Positions 1 through 12,672 of a stretch of DNA of 64,000 nt are shown here, one piece after another (within the stretch, counting starts at the first letter, position 1; each line of letters begins with the position of its first letter). This DNA comes from Lobosporangium transversale (taxonomy: Eukaryota), in the NCBI RefSeq assembly GCF_002105155.1, contig NW_019029002.1, positions 434,001 to 498,000 of the forward strand, written 5' to 3'. The position numbers were made by a program, and so were the translations under genes. The notes under the pieces are model-generated. The model saw only the letters and a list, made by a program, of their open reading frames with translations, was not told the DNA's origin and made no database searches.

Positions 1-1356
1 GACACCTGACTTTTATTATTTGTGCATTTAATTCCTAATCCCGGAGACAACTACAAGCCAGTGCGGGCAACAGGGAATGGATCTACATCAGCATATCCAC
101 CGCAGGCTCGACTTTCACATGCACCTATAGAACAGCAGGACTTGGACTTCTCAATAGAAAGTTTTGGGCTAATGCAGCACTTATGAGCAATCTTACGGTT
201 CATACAGATCCAACAGGTCCTCTCATCCGAATTTCAACCCGAATAACTTGTCTGATGATGTTTCTTACCCAACTATTACTTGATCGTCCACTTGGTTATA
301 TGCAATCATCTAAAAAAAAAAAAAGAAAAAAAAAAAAGGATGATCTGAAGAAAGATGTTACTTTTACTGAGTATGATGTGCTTTGAATCACGTAGGCATG
401 ATTGATACTCAAGTCCTGTTTATCAAATTCTGGCAGTACACCTTATTCCTTCGTCTCCTCAAACGTTGCCTGTTACACTCTGTTGCATGTGTCACCTGTG
501 CCTACAAGAATATCGACATGGTATTCTATACCAAATAGTGGCTCCATTAAAAGAGAGAGTGAAGCATATGAAAGGTCAGAAGTATTAGAAAAGCCAGTTC
601 TACTATGCTTTTGTTTAATAACAAAAACAGCTCTTCTATTGCGATGCAGTCATTAATTTGGAAAGCAATACACTCTACATGTCAAATCTAGCAAATAATA
701 TCATGTCATATCCTGCTTGTTCTCAGCGCACGGACAATCAGACGGACCCTAGATGATCGAGATGTTCGTTATTGAAAGTCATTCCTTAACAGAGTTTAGA
801 GATCTTAAGAACGTCCTCTAATACGTCTAGCTGTCCAGAAACATGCGTCAAAGGTCCTATTGGAGTCTTTTTTTGTTGCAACAAGAGAGATAAGACTACT
901 ATGGTCATTTTAGGGTTCTAGTTGGTCCACTAATCCGGGAGACAAAGTATGAGGATGAAACATTAAAGCCGCGTGTGTTGCAGGTTTTAGATTGGGTTAA
1001 ACTAGAACTTTGATTGAGGCTCAGCAAGCATGGCTTCAAAAGCACGTTCAAAGACATTAAAGGGAATAACTATGAGAATGCTAGTCACCAGATCACCAAG
1101 CCCTGCACCAACCATGATGAGAACAGAAGACCTGATGCTGTTGGTGGCGTTAACTATTGACTCTATCACTGCTATTATAGCAGCCTATTGTGACAAATAA
1201 ATAAAAAAAAAAAAAAAAAAAAAAGATACCGGAAGAGGGTCGGTGAAGGCCCTTATTGTCAATATCGTTTTAGATACTGTAATTCTCAAATTATTTTTTA
1301 CACTGGCAAGGGCGAATTTGCAAGTATTCAGACCAATATGGATTTTTTGGGGAACA

Positions 1357-1389
<33 letters not shown>

Positions 1390-1683
1390 GGAGTGATAAG
1401 CTGATTTTGATGGGCGTGCCAACGTCTAAAAATTTCGGAATAGATTGTGGAGCAATCCCCTTGCGTACATCCATTTCAAAAAATTATTGATCAGCCGCTC
1501 TGTAAGATTGAAATTGGTGAAGATATTAGGGTACCTCCCTCATCATTTAACTCTTCCCTTTCGTTAGAAGAGTGAGAATACTAGTGTTGACTTTAGTAGC
1601 CATAGGGGTTCTCCATATCATCCAAACATGTTGCCCAATTTAAAGCTCTGATCCATATTATGGACTAACCTTGGTTGAGATGA

Positions 1684-1714
<31 letters not shown>

Positions 1715-3268
1715 GTTCTATAGGAGGATTAGATCATCATAGACTTTTCACGCGAGCTTAGCATATGAGTAAGGACTGATTGGTGGACGACCGAGTGCAA
1801 TAAACTCATTGGATGAAGAAAAAAGAAAAAAGCTAACAAGGAATAGGAGTAAGCCAGGGTAGATGAAGGAATAATTTATAATATGTGTTACACAATAAAT
1901 TTAAAGGAGAGCCAAGATGGAAGCCGTAGATGATGATTATTTGTATTATTTTCTCGCATGCATGAATATTGTTGAGCGTAATGAATGCTAAATATGAAGA
2001 CCAAATAACCAAAGCTTTCAAATGACAATTGACAGAGGGTGATGAGCTATTGGTCAGTGTTCTAGAAAGGAGACAAGAAGTGTATCCGTTGACAGGGGTT
2101 TGTAATACCATTGGGACGAAATGGAGTTGCCAACCAAAGTAAGGTACATGTAATCCAATCATGCAGATAGGGTTTGTGTCAATCTTCGGGTCTAGACATG
2201 TCCTGGAGGGAAAAGGAAAGAAACTAAAGGAACTGCCCATTAGTCATAAATATCCATGTATTTCTCAGAATGATCCACTGGAATGGATTTGACCAAATGT
2301 CTTAGGGGAGGACAGGCCAAAAGGATCACAAAAAAAGTCGAGGAGAGAGGGAGGCGAAACCATTGTTTACTATGCTCACTACACAGACTACATGTCTTTT
2401 CTATAGAATACTTTTTTTTAATATCAGGACGAGAAGAGATAAGAACAATCTATGAATTAACGATAAAATCAGGGAAGAGGGCTGTCAGCGGTAGATATTC
2501 TTGCATGCTTTTCAAACATCTTGCTTTTTTTCTTGATGATATTTAAGCCGCCAAAAAAAAAAAAAAAAAGGTTTTTGCAGATGTGACATTCTGAATGATA
2601 AAAACCACAGTTGCTCATTGGATGATTCATGCAGGTTCTACCCTGCCAGTCTAGCGTATTATTGAATTAACATCAGGACCTTCAAAGAATCAAGGCTGAG
2701 CTGGAGATGAAAACTATAACCACCATATTGCTGTTGAGCAGCTCATTTCTCATTTATTTTCTTTGTTTCCACTATTCAGTGCCCAGTGTATGATGAGTAT
2801 TAAAAATGGGTTATAAATTTGGTAGATGAAAATAAGAAAGGTTATGAAGTAGCAAGCAAAGAGGTGCAAAGAGCACAGAGCATGATAGCCATGCGAGTTT
2901 CACTTGTGGTTTCTGGCTATTTTTTTTCGGCGTCCTGAGCACTTACTATCTACTAATCTCTCTTTTTTTTTTCTTTTTTTTTTTTTTTGCTTGATCGATC
3001 AATAATATCAATTATGAGAATTGCGGAATGTGTTATTGGTTTGTTTTGACAGAAATAGGTGAGATGTTGTGTTTGGGAAATGCGAGAGCTTGGACACAAT
3101 GCAAGACGCGATTATCGTGTTTTTTTTATTTTTTATTTTTATTATTTTACTAGTCAGCATTGCTCCGTTACAACAGCAACAATAGTAGCAACAAAATTAG
3201 GAAGATGTGGTTCGAATCAATGGCCCAAACATTTACGTGACCAAGAGTGACAACTCTATTTGGATCGA

Positions 3269-3302
<34 letters not shown>

Positions 3303-5154
3303 CTTGCACTGTATGGACAAGCCATATCAGAAACAGAACCAAGCAAGGTGTTTATACTCAAGGATGGCCATGTGCAATATCAGCTCGATTACTCATTGGG
3401 AATGTGTGGGAAATGATAGACTATGATAGTATAAAAAAAAAAAGTTGAATGCAGGTCGGGAAGTTGGACACTGAGAGCCCCGGCTGAGTTGCCCCCTTTC
3501 CGCACCCTCTCCATACTTGGTTCGCTCGACCAAAAAGAATAAATTGCATGCATGCATGCGTTACAACAACAAAGCAAAAACAAAAAAAAAAATAAAAAAT
3601 AAAAAATAAAAAATTTAAAAAATAAAAGACGTTGAGCGTCCAATGCGTGTGATCAATAGGACAATGAGCTTCGCTGGCAAAAAAGATCAACGGGAAAGTA
3701 AAAAGAGCGGAGCAAAGATATGTGGTTCGTTGCTCATGATCCTTTCTTGAATAGTGATCAAGATGCTATAGCCCAAAAATATTCGATATCAAGGTCGTTG
3801 ATACTACTGATGATGATGGCGATGACAATGCCCAAGTGCAATGAAGTGAAGGGTGCAAGGCAAAAAAAAAAGTCTTGACAGCCACATGATGCTCTCGTAT
3901 TCTGTACTCTTTTATAATGCGTGTTCGACACATGTGGCATGTGTCGTTTCTTGTCAATTTAATGACAGCGCCCAATACAACAGGGCTGGACTTGGTTCCT
4001 CTTTTCTTTATTTGTTACATGATATCCCTCAATCGGAATCCTTTAGCTCATGTCCATGTCCTGTGTGAAATCGGATTGGCTCCAGCTTGGCCGGCCACAC
4101 AAGAATACATGATCCAATTGTGTAAAAAAAAAAAAAAAAAAAAGGCGAGGACTCTTTTGCCAATAAAGTAACAAGGAACAAGAGATCATTTCAATTGGCA
4201 ACAGAAATGTCCATTGGTAATGATGCATGGATGGTATCCTGGATGATTGAACATGAATGTGCCTTAAGAGACGAATTGCATAAAAATATCTGTGATCTGC
4301 TTGAATCCATTTGAGCCTTGTGAAAGGAAGGAAAGAGGAGTAATTTTTTATGCCTCATGCATTAACTGATTGCCAACGCATCTGCGTACACTCTGCACTA
4401 TGATTTTGATGATGGATGGTGATGGGAGATACCGATTATTCTTTCTCTTTTCTTTTCCTTGCTTCCTTTTCCAAGCAAAAGCAGCCAATGCCAAATCTTC
4501 ATTTCACTCATACACTCTCAACTGTCATCATTATCATTATCAATCTATCCAGTTCTGTACTCCCTCTTCATTGCATCTCTTCTTCATAGTACCTTCTTCA
4601 TTGCATCCTCTCTTCATCCCTCATTCTTCTCAACGACAACTGGCATCACTTCTAGACACACATCGTCTCACTCATACTTCGTACTTTTTTACTTTTTTTT
4701 TTTTTTGTACACCATCGCACGCCTAAGAATCCTATTCATTTATTTTTCTCATCTCTCGGTGCACTGATCCAATCTCATCAGTTATTCAGTTGTCTATCTC
4801 TCTTCCTCTCTCTCTCTCTTTTCCCACGTAAAATCACGCCGATAGCTTGCAATTGAATGTGTGCTGCTCTTTTTTGTCAGAGTTGCGACTAGACCTACTC
4901 GAATTTCGCTCCTCCACTCTCCTTGTCTTCATCCTTCTTCGTCTGTACAGGAAATACACCCTTATAAAAAAGATTCACATCTTTTTCCCTCTTCCTCTCC
5001 CTCCTCTCCCCTCTCCACTGGGTGGTCAACTTCACACCCTTCCACTTCTGGCACATAGCATTGGAGCGTGGAATTCATTCAGTCTAATTTAATTGAGGTG
5101 TAGCCATATCTTCAGCACGCCCATATCACATCACATTATACATAACATACAGCC

Positions 5155-5599
5155 ATGGTCAACGACAGGTCCCAAAGTGCACAAATAAAAAAAAACAATC
5201 GCGCAGAGGAATGGCTCAAGAACGCAGTCAAGGACAAACATGTCCGCCTGATCCCTTTCTCAGAGATCAGTAAAGTCAAGTATAATGTTGCTAAAGGTGG
5301 TTCAGGGACGATTCATCTTGGTGCTTGGCGAAACATGCATGTCGCCATCAAGGAACAACACAACACTAATGACCTTATTAAAGAGGTAAGCTGATGGGAT
5401 AATTTTTATTTTTGCGTTCATTTACACAATTGCACACGCAGCAGACATCAATTCCCAATGAGCACTTGTTTATTCAGTTCCTTGGGAGGTGCAAATATGG
5501 ACAAAACAACAGTGACAGCACACTCTCTTTTATACTTCTGCAATTGTTTCATATTGCCACCCTTTTTACCATGTCTTCTAAACTGATCCTACACTGGCT

Positions 5600-5631
<32 letters not shown>

Positions 5632-5905
5632 TCTTTCTTTCTTTCAACCACCGCCATTGCAATGCTTGAGAGAAGAGAGAAGAGGAAGTGATTAAAAGAG
5701 ATCATAGAAGAATGCCCAAAAAAAGAAGTAAATATGTTTCATTGTACGATCGGTTGCATCATTGGATGCTGTGCCTTCAATGGCTATGCATGGCAGATGA
5801 CAATGGGCTTAGAAACATACTAGGCGAAAGAATGAGGACGAACAATTTGTGGGGGGAAAAGAATGAAGAAAGTGAGGTTGATTGACATTATCAGCACTAT
5901 CAAGG

Positions 5906-5937
<32 letters not shown>

Positions 5938-6279
5938 TAAAAAAAGCACGTAGCAACTAATTAAAGTAATCCAATTCAGTCGGGAAGATCGGAAAGAAGC
6001 ATTATATCTACGTGCTGGGAAGAATGAATGCTCCTCGGACAGACAGAGCGAGTATAATAAGAACTAAAGTGAGCCAGTAAAAGGGAGAGGAAGAGCGACT
6101 GAGTGAGAATGAGACTGCCACTGCAAGCATTTACTTTTCTTTTCTTATCCAGTATGAGTTTGATCCACCAATTTGCACTGTTTTGAATGTTTGTTCAAAA
6201 AGGAGAATGCTGCACATGTTTTCCTCGCCGCATGCACCTACACATCGTGTACGACATGTGCATGTTTATACGCACTGCT

Positions 6280-6316
<37 letters not shown>

Positions 6317-9300
6317 CGCGTGGTTAGTCTATTCTCCGCTGGAGCTCATGCCACAAAACACCATCCCGAAAATGAATTATATTAACCACTCTTTTTTTTT
6401 TTTTTTTTTTTTTTTTTCCTTGCTCTCGAAAAACCTATCTATCATCAATTAAAATAGTTAAAGATGCATAAACAGGTGCACGACTCCAACTACATTGTCA
6501 AGTTCTTTGGCATCACCAAACATCCACTCACACACGATACTTGCATTGTGATGCAATTTGCAGAAAATGGATGTCTACAGGATTACTTGGAGACCCAGAA
6601 CGTGTCCATCACATGGCTGACAAAATATCGCCTTGCATGGGAAATAGCCAGCGGTCTGGACTTTATCCATCGAGAAAACATCTTCCATACTGATCTGCAC
6701 TCACGCAACATTCTCATTGATACAGACGGGAAAGCACTCATTACCGATTTCGGATTGAGCAAATCTGTCAATAAGACTATCTATACTACCAAGGCAGGAC
6801 TCTTTGGTGTCGTCCCCTATGTTGCACCAGAACGAATGCAGAATCCCACGATTACCTATACTTCCAAATGCGATATCTACAGTCTAGGCGTCATTTTGTG
6901 GGAATTGTCAAGTTGTGTGATCCCCTTCGAAGCGCAATTACAGGATGTAATGCTGGCAGTGAATATCATCAATGGAGTGCGCGAAAAGACTGTACCCGGA
7001 ACAGCAGTTGAGTATGAAATGCTTTATAGGCGGTGTTGGGATGGGCTTCCTCAAAACAGACCACAAATGGATATTGTTCTTTCAGAGTTGGTGGAGCTCC
7101 TAGCGTCAGAGCAAAGCAACCCACGTCCAGCTGCTCCTCGGCCTAAGTCTCCTCGGCCTGCCCGTCCACTCTCAAGTGATTCAATGGTGGCACCAAGCTC
7201 ATTATTTCCCTATGATAACGAGTCAACACTTCAGCCTTCACCAGAGAACACAAATCATGTTAACAGACCAGCATCACCGCCGACACTACTGCGGTCTGGT
7301 TATCGCCAGTCGTTTGGACAGGGAATGACACCATTAGTACCACAACCAGTTCCATCTGTCCCAATTCGGCAAGACCGCTCGGGCGTTCGTGTATCTTTCT
7401 TGGGTGATCCTTTGGGTAAAGATAATCAAGTGAATGGCCAAAGCAAGACCAATGGCGTCGTCAATAGCCATACAAAATCAAACCAATCATCTAATAAGAA
7501 CAATAACAACGGCAGATCGGGAGCGGCGAGTGAGCAAACCAAAAAATCCCCTGCAGGCCATGATAGTCCTACCATACTTGATATTATACCCGATGGCGCT
7601 GCTAAGATAGTTGAAGATGAAACAGTCAAGAGCCACGCAGCTGGAAAGGACCAGGCTCATGGAGCAGTACTGAGCAGTAATGATGGGAAACGGCAATCTT
7701 CTGAAGGCAAGGAAACTTCAACGGCATCACAGCCTGCATCTGAATCCGCTATCACACCAGCTTCAGAGGCGACAGGCCTTCCATTATTACCACCATTACC
7801 TGTATTCAATCCTTCCTTCTCTCCCAACACAACTCCAAAGGAAAGTATCCTCCCCCCTGCACCCGTAGATCCTGCTATGGGTAAGTTACCCGAGACCGCA
7901 GCCCTTTTCCTTTCGAGTGGCCTTTCGATGCAAAATGTTGTTAGTAAGTTGAATAAGGCCTCAATCAAAAACATCCCTACCATCTCGCCTCCTCCCAATG
8001 GTGCACTTCCACCGCCGCCTGGTGCAGTTGCCGGTCATTCCAACTTCCCCAGAGTCATCTCACCGCCTTCTACTTATCGACCCAAGACTGTGTCACCACC
8101 AAAGATGCGTAACCAAGGACTACGTGCCTCCAAAACAATCTCGCCGCCCACAGGCCCGCCACCTGCAGGCCCTCCACCATCAGCTCCAAGGACCACACCT
8201 TCTCCATCTCTTGGGCCCATCCCAAAACCACCTTCTGGACCTCCACCTATGTCCCGTGCACCTACTCCAAGCGATAATGCTTCGATGGCAGGAGCGGGTA
8301 CGTCTAGAAATCCAGCTGCTCTGGTCGACTACACTCCTATGACAACCTACACTGGAAAACCAAAGTCTCCAGTCACGGGAGATCCTGAACAACCTGCATC
8401 GCCCAATTCTACTCTTTCAGACACCACACGTCCGACTCCTGCAAGAAATATCCCCATGGGTTTTCCCGTAGTCACGCCTTTGAACCCTCCTCATTGGAAC
8501 GTTAAGCCTAGCCCATCATCAGTATCATCCGTAGCAGCTACAGCTACTGAAAAAGAGACCTCCGGGACCGTATCAGAATCAACTCCTTCAGGATCGCCTA
8601 CAGGCTCACCTTCGTCTACAAACTCAACACCACCTTCTTCTGCCGGCTCAACGCCAACATCTAACAGACGGGATTTTCGACCCATTTCATTCTTGACTCA
8701 ACCGAAGCACTCGAGTTTGATCGATTTTTCGGCTCAAGCGGAGCAACACACGCAGCAACAACAGCAGCAACAGGACTCTTTGCAGCCCAAAAAATCTGCA
8801 GCAGAGAATGTATACGTCCCTAACCCTAATAATAATATTATCCCGCCCAGCCAGCTGCATTTACAGCATATCCAGAATACAGATTTGTTCCGCCCAAACA
8901 ATAGGAATAGCCGCATGCTAGGTAGCCCTAGCTTGGGACCATCACCATCGCCTACTTTAGACAGTAGAAGTAACAACAACAGGATTATCCACAGTCCACA
9001 TCTTGGACCGTCGAATGGTAGACCTGGATCTCCCGCATTCACCCTCCCACCTCCATCTAGCTCATCCTCATCTGCTCGAGGGGGTACAACCTTTCCAACT
9101 GTGGAAGGATCTATTTGGATGCGCGAGCCAAAAGGTAATCTTGAAAGCTTTTTATATATACTAACTATATTATTTATTAAGTAAACTTTTCTGATTATAT
9201 GATGCCATGGATATATATTGATCATTTTTCTTCTATTTTATTTTATTTTATTTTATTTTACTGTACGCTCAGTTGCAAGCAGTTTAGGTGCTGGGAAGCG

Positions 9301-10765
9301 AACCTGTGTAGAGGAAGATTTCTCAACACTATCAATGAGGCAAGGAAGTGAGGCTCGAGAGAATATTAATCGAGCACCGCAACAAACTAATCCTCCGTCG
9401 TCATCATCTGCAACGAATCCGGCCGCTAATGGCACATCGCTGTCAACCTCGCCTTCCTCTGCAATTTCGGCCAACTCTAGTATCACCACCATGAACACCA
9501 ATGCTTCAGCCAGTACTTCTACGACCGCAGCCGCAGCTTCATCTCCTGCCAATGCTATCGCGCCTATCAAACCTCGAGTACAGCTCGATAACTTTTACAG
9601 TCTCGCAGACCCTTACAAAGATTTGCAACATGATGAGCCGACAGATTTTTTTACTGCAGTAACACAGTCAGATATTGCAACGATTGAACGGATGCTGAAG
9701 TTGTTCCCGAATTTGATCCATGAATCCAATGGGTTCTGGCCTCATCCCACCCCCATCTTGGTGGCCGCACGATCTCGATATCCAATCGAGACAATGAAGA
9801 CGTTGATTCAATATGGTGCGGCTTTGGACCGTGGAGATCATAATGGAACGACGGTTCTACATTTTGTCTGCGAACAGTATTCAGACCCTGTAGAGGCGAT
9901 CCAGTTTTTGACACGAGCTGGTGCAGACTGTAACAGTCGAGATGCCAAAAAGCGAACGCCGTTAATGGTCTTGTTGCAAAATTCACATGTGTGTTCAACT
10001 AAGGTCTTGATTGATTCCATGAGATGCCTCTTCAAGTTTGGAGCCCAAACCAAGGTGATGGATCATCAGTTCCAGCGGACGCCGTTGCATTATGCGATCT
10101 TGCACAGCAAAGAGCCTGCTCCTGTGATGGAACTCTTGTTGAAGAAGGGATCTGAAGTGAATGCTCGAGACTGGAGGAAATCGACACCGCTGCATTTGGT
10201 GTTGGAGAAGATGGATGATGAAGAAATTGTTCAGATGTTGTTGTTATATGGTGCAGACCCAGGGTTGAAGAATGGCAACAAACGAAACGCGCTGGGTGTC
10301 GCAGCAGAGAATTTGAGAGTGATGAGTGCCTGGTTCTTACTGGAGAATGATTTGATGTCTTCAGCCCCCGAATCTATCAAGAAGGCTAACGAGTTGTGTT
10401 CTAAAGCCGATGGGCCCGATAAGTCTGCGAAGCCTTTGTTCAAGAACACATTGTCGGATTGGCAAGGCAAAGAGGGCAAGCAGCGAAGAATTCAGTTGGC
10501 TCAAGATGTGGTGTTACGAGTGCAGAGAACGCCAGATATGAAGACAATCGATCAAACGCAATATGCACTCGAGTTCCTGGACAGTGTTGGACAGCCCATC
10601 CATTTGAACAATGTCCATATGAATAATATTAATGTAATTGGATCAGGTATTACAGTTGCTGGAGGAAGTATCGGTGCTGGAGGCGTAGGTGGTCTTGGCA
10701 TGGGCATTGGTATTGGATCTGGCAGTAACGTATCTCCTACTACTAGCAGTCATTCTCATCGCTAA
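5155..10765 (+). CDS. Tyrosine-kinase-like (TKL/RIPK-like) protein kinase with long Pro/Ser-rich linker and C-terminal ankyrin repeats, ~1466 aa; exons 5155-5385, 6458-9134, 9273-10765
   Basis: Exon 1 has the Gly loop (AKGGSGTIH) and VAIK. Exon 2 has HTDLHSRN, DFG, YVAPE and DIYSLG. Exon 3 has ankyrin consensus repeats (GTTVLHFVC, RTPLMVLL, RTPLHYAI, STPLHLVL). GT-AG introns 5386-6457 (phase 0) and 9135-9272 (phase 1) join in frame. Confidence 0.9.
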
Positions 10766-10951
10766 AAGTAAAAAAAAAAAAACTAATCAATTAAGTAGCT
10801 AATAAAACCTCCATGATACCCAAAAAAAAATAAACAATAGCATTTTAAGGACTGATGCTGATTCTATATTTTTTTTTTTTTTTTTTTTTTTCTAATGATG
10901 GTATGAACCAATTTAACTAAGATCTATTTTTGATTTGTTTTTTAAATATTT

Positions 10952-12296
10952 TTAAGCAAACTCGCTCCAGAGACGCTCGAACTCGGCCTTGAAGCCCTGG
11001 ACAGCCTTTGGAGAATTGGTCAGAGTCAAATTCTCACGGTTGTCAAAACGAGCACCCTTGGTCCAATTATAGGAGCCATTGATCACCAATGCATCATCAA
11101 TGACTGCAAACTTGTGATGCATGTGTGATGGACTATATTCGTAGGACGCAAAAGAATGTTTGTTGACGGGTTATTATATACCTATCATCTCTATTACTCA
11201 GATCTATGCAAAGGAGGGTTCGTATTACCTATTATCCAGACGTGAAGGAATGTTGTGCTCATCTGTAAGACGATGGACATCTGATCCTAAGTCTTCAGCC
11301 TATTAAGAAAAAAAAAAAAAAAAAAAAGAAAAGTTTATAAAATGATCTCTATTGTTCAAAGTCGCGTCAACTTTTAGCTCTGCAATAAATATAAAAATAT
11401 TTTTTTTTTCCTACCTTATCGTTATCTGCAATGATGCGAACCTTGACGCCGCGCTCATGTGCCTAGAAATTCAAAATGTAATATGGTGATTAGTTTAATC
11501 GTTAATTTGATGCATGCATAAACGCATTTCATGTATAAATAATTACCCTAATAATGGCTTTAGCAAGCTGATCATCTGTAATGGTGAAGACACAGATATC
11601 CAACGACTTCTTGGCATCATCCAATGTCTTGACCAACATCTGGAAGCTTTGTTCCGAAGGGAAGAAGATTGGACTGACAAAGACATTGCTGCCTCCTTGC
11701 TTGTCATTGTTGCTATGGTTATTGTTATTGTTTTCATGGTTGTCAGGCAAGGGGGTAGGCTTAGGAGTAGGCTTAGGAGCAGGCTGCTGTCCCGAGGAGT
11801 GATTGCCAGAGGCATTCAGCAGTGTCTCGAGCCAAGTAATCTTTATAAAAATAAATAAATAAATAAAAAACAAAGTTATTCCGGTGCTTGCTGCTCACAG
11901 AAACATGATGTCCATAACTCCAGAATTTTATGTTCCCAGACTAATATCAATTGCCTAGCAAAATATCATAAAAGGAAAAGAGCCTTACAATGTCTTTGTC
12001 ATGGTCAACAGCACAAGCAGAGCGAGCAGCGTTGAATAATTGTTGGATCGAGGGTGCAGAACTGCTCTCCTTGGTATGTTGCTCATATACGCCAATCAGG
12101 CCCTGACGGGTGGTCTGGTCTTGAACAATGGAAGGGGCTGAGTTGAAAGTCTGGATGAAGACTGTGTTAGAATGGCGAACTACAATGGCAAAAAGAGCAC
12201 TGATGCCTGAAAAGGTGGGTCGATACTCCCGCTCCTGCAATTTTTTGGACTCCATGTCCTCCTTTCTTTTTGTACAAATAAAAAGGAGCCCTGTTC

Positions 12297-12331
<35 letters not shown>

Positions 12332-12672
12332 GCTTTTGCGTTTTTCCGTTGGGGTTGCGTTGAAAAAAGATCCCTGTCAATTAACTATGCTGCTCCATAC
12401 GCCCAATTTGAATCCTATCCAGTTAGCTATATAATTATAGGAAAGGACACTCGATTGGCGGATATCGGATGAATTAAGGGAAAGAAGCTGTATTGACCCT
12501 CCTTGTTGTTCCCTCAGTCCCAAGACTGCGTGAATGAATAGAATATAATAGGACATTTTATACTTGCCTTATCCAGGTAGTCGTTCAGGGACAGGTTTTG
12601 TGCCTCCTCCACAGAGATAGTGCGGGGAGGACGGACAAAAGGAAGAAGACAATTGAGAATGAGTCCAGACAT
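10952..12672 (-). CDS. Single-HKD phospholipase D-family nuclease/cardiolipin hydrolase (PLD6/Zucchini/Nuc-like), ~323 aa; exons 12672-12568, 12261-11989, 11840-11547, 11462-11415, 11299-11229, 11132-10952
   Basis: Spliced C-terminus reads AKKSLDICVFTITDDQLAKAIIRAHERGVKVRIIADNDK...HMHHKFAVIDDALVINGSYNWTKGARFDNREN, the HxK(x4)D(x6)GSxN motif. The last four introns are canonical GT-AG and in frame. Exon 1 needs a GC donor and is less certain. Confidence 0.88.

Noticed and set aside
35..945. 15/16 direct match ctaatcc(c/g)ggagacaa at 35-50 and 930-945, with a weaker copy at ~63567
   Set aside because: Too short, with no flanking similarity or target duplication, so it cannot be called an LTR or TIR.
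3205..3225. GGTTCGAATC (tRNA T-loop/B-box-like); similar GGTTCAAATC at ~63659
   Set aside because: No cloverleaf stems or A-box around either.
7426..10479. Many antisense and alternate-frame ORFs inside the kinase-ankyrin gene (likewise within app1 and cef1)
   Set aside because: Shadow ORFs of long coding exons, with no independent motifs.
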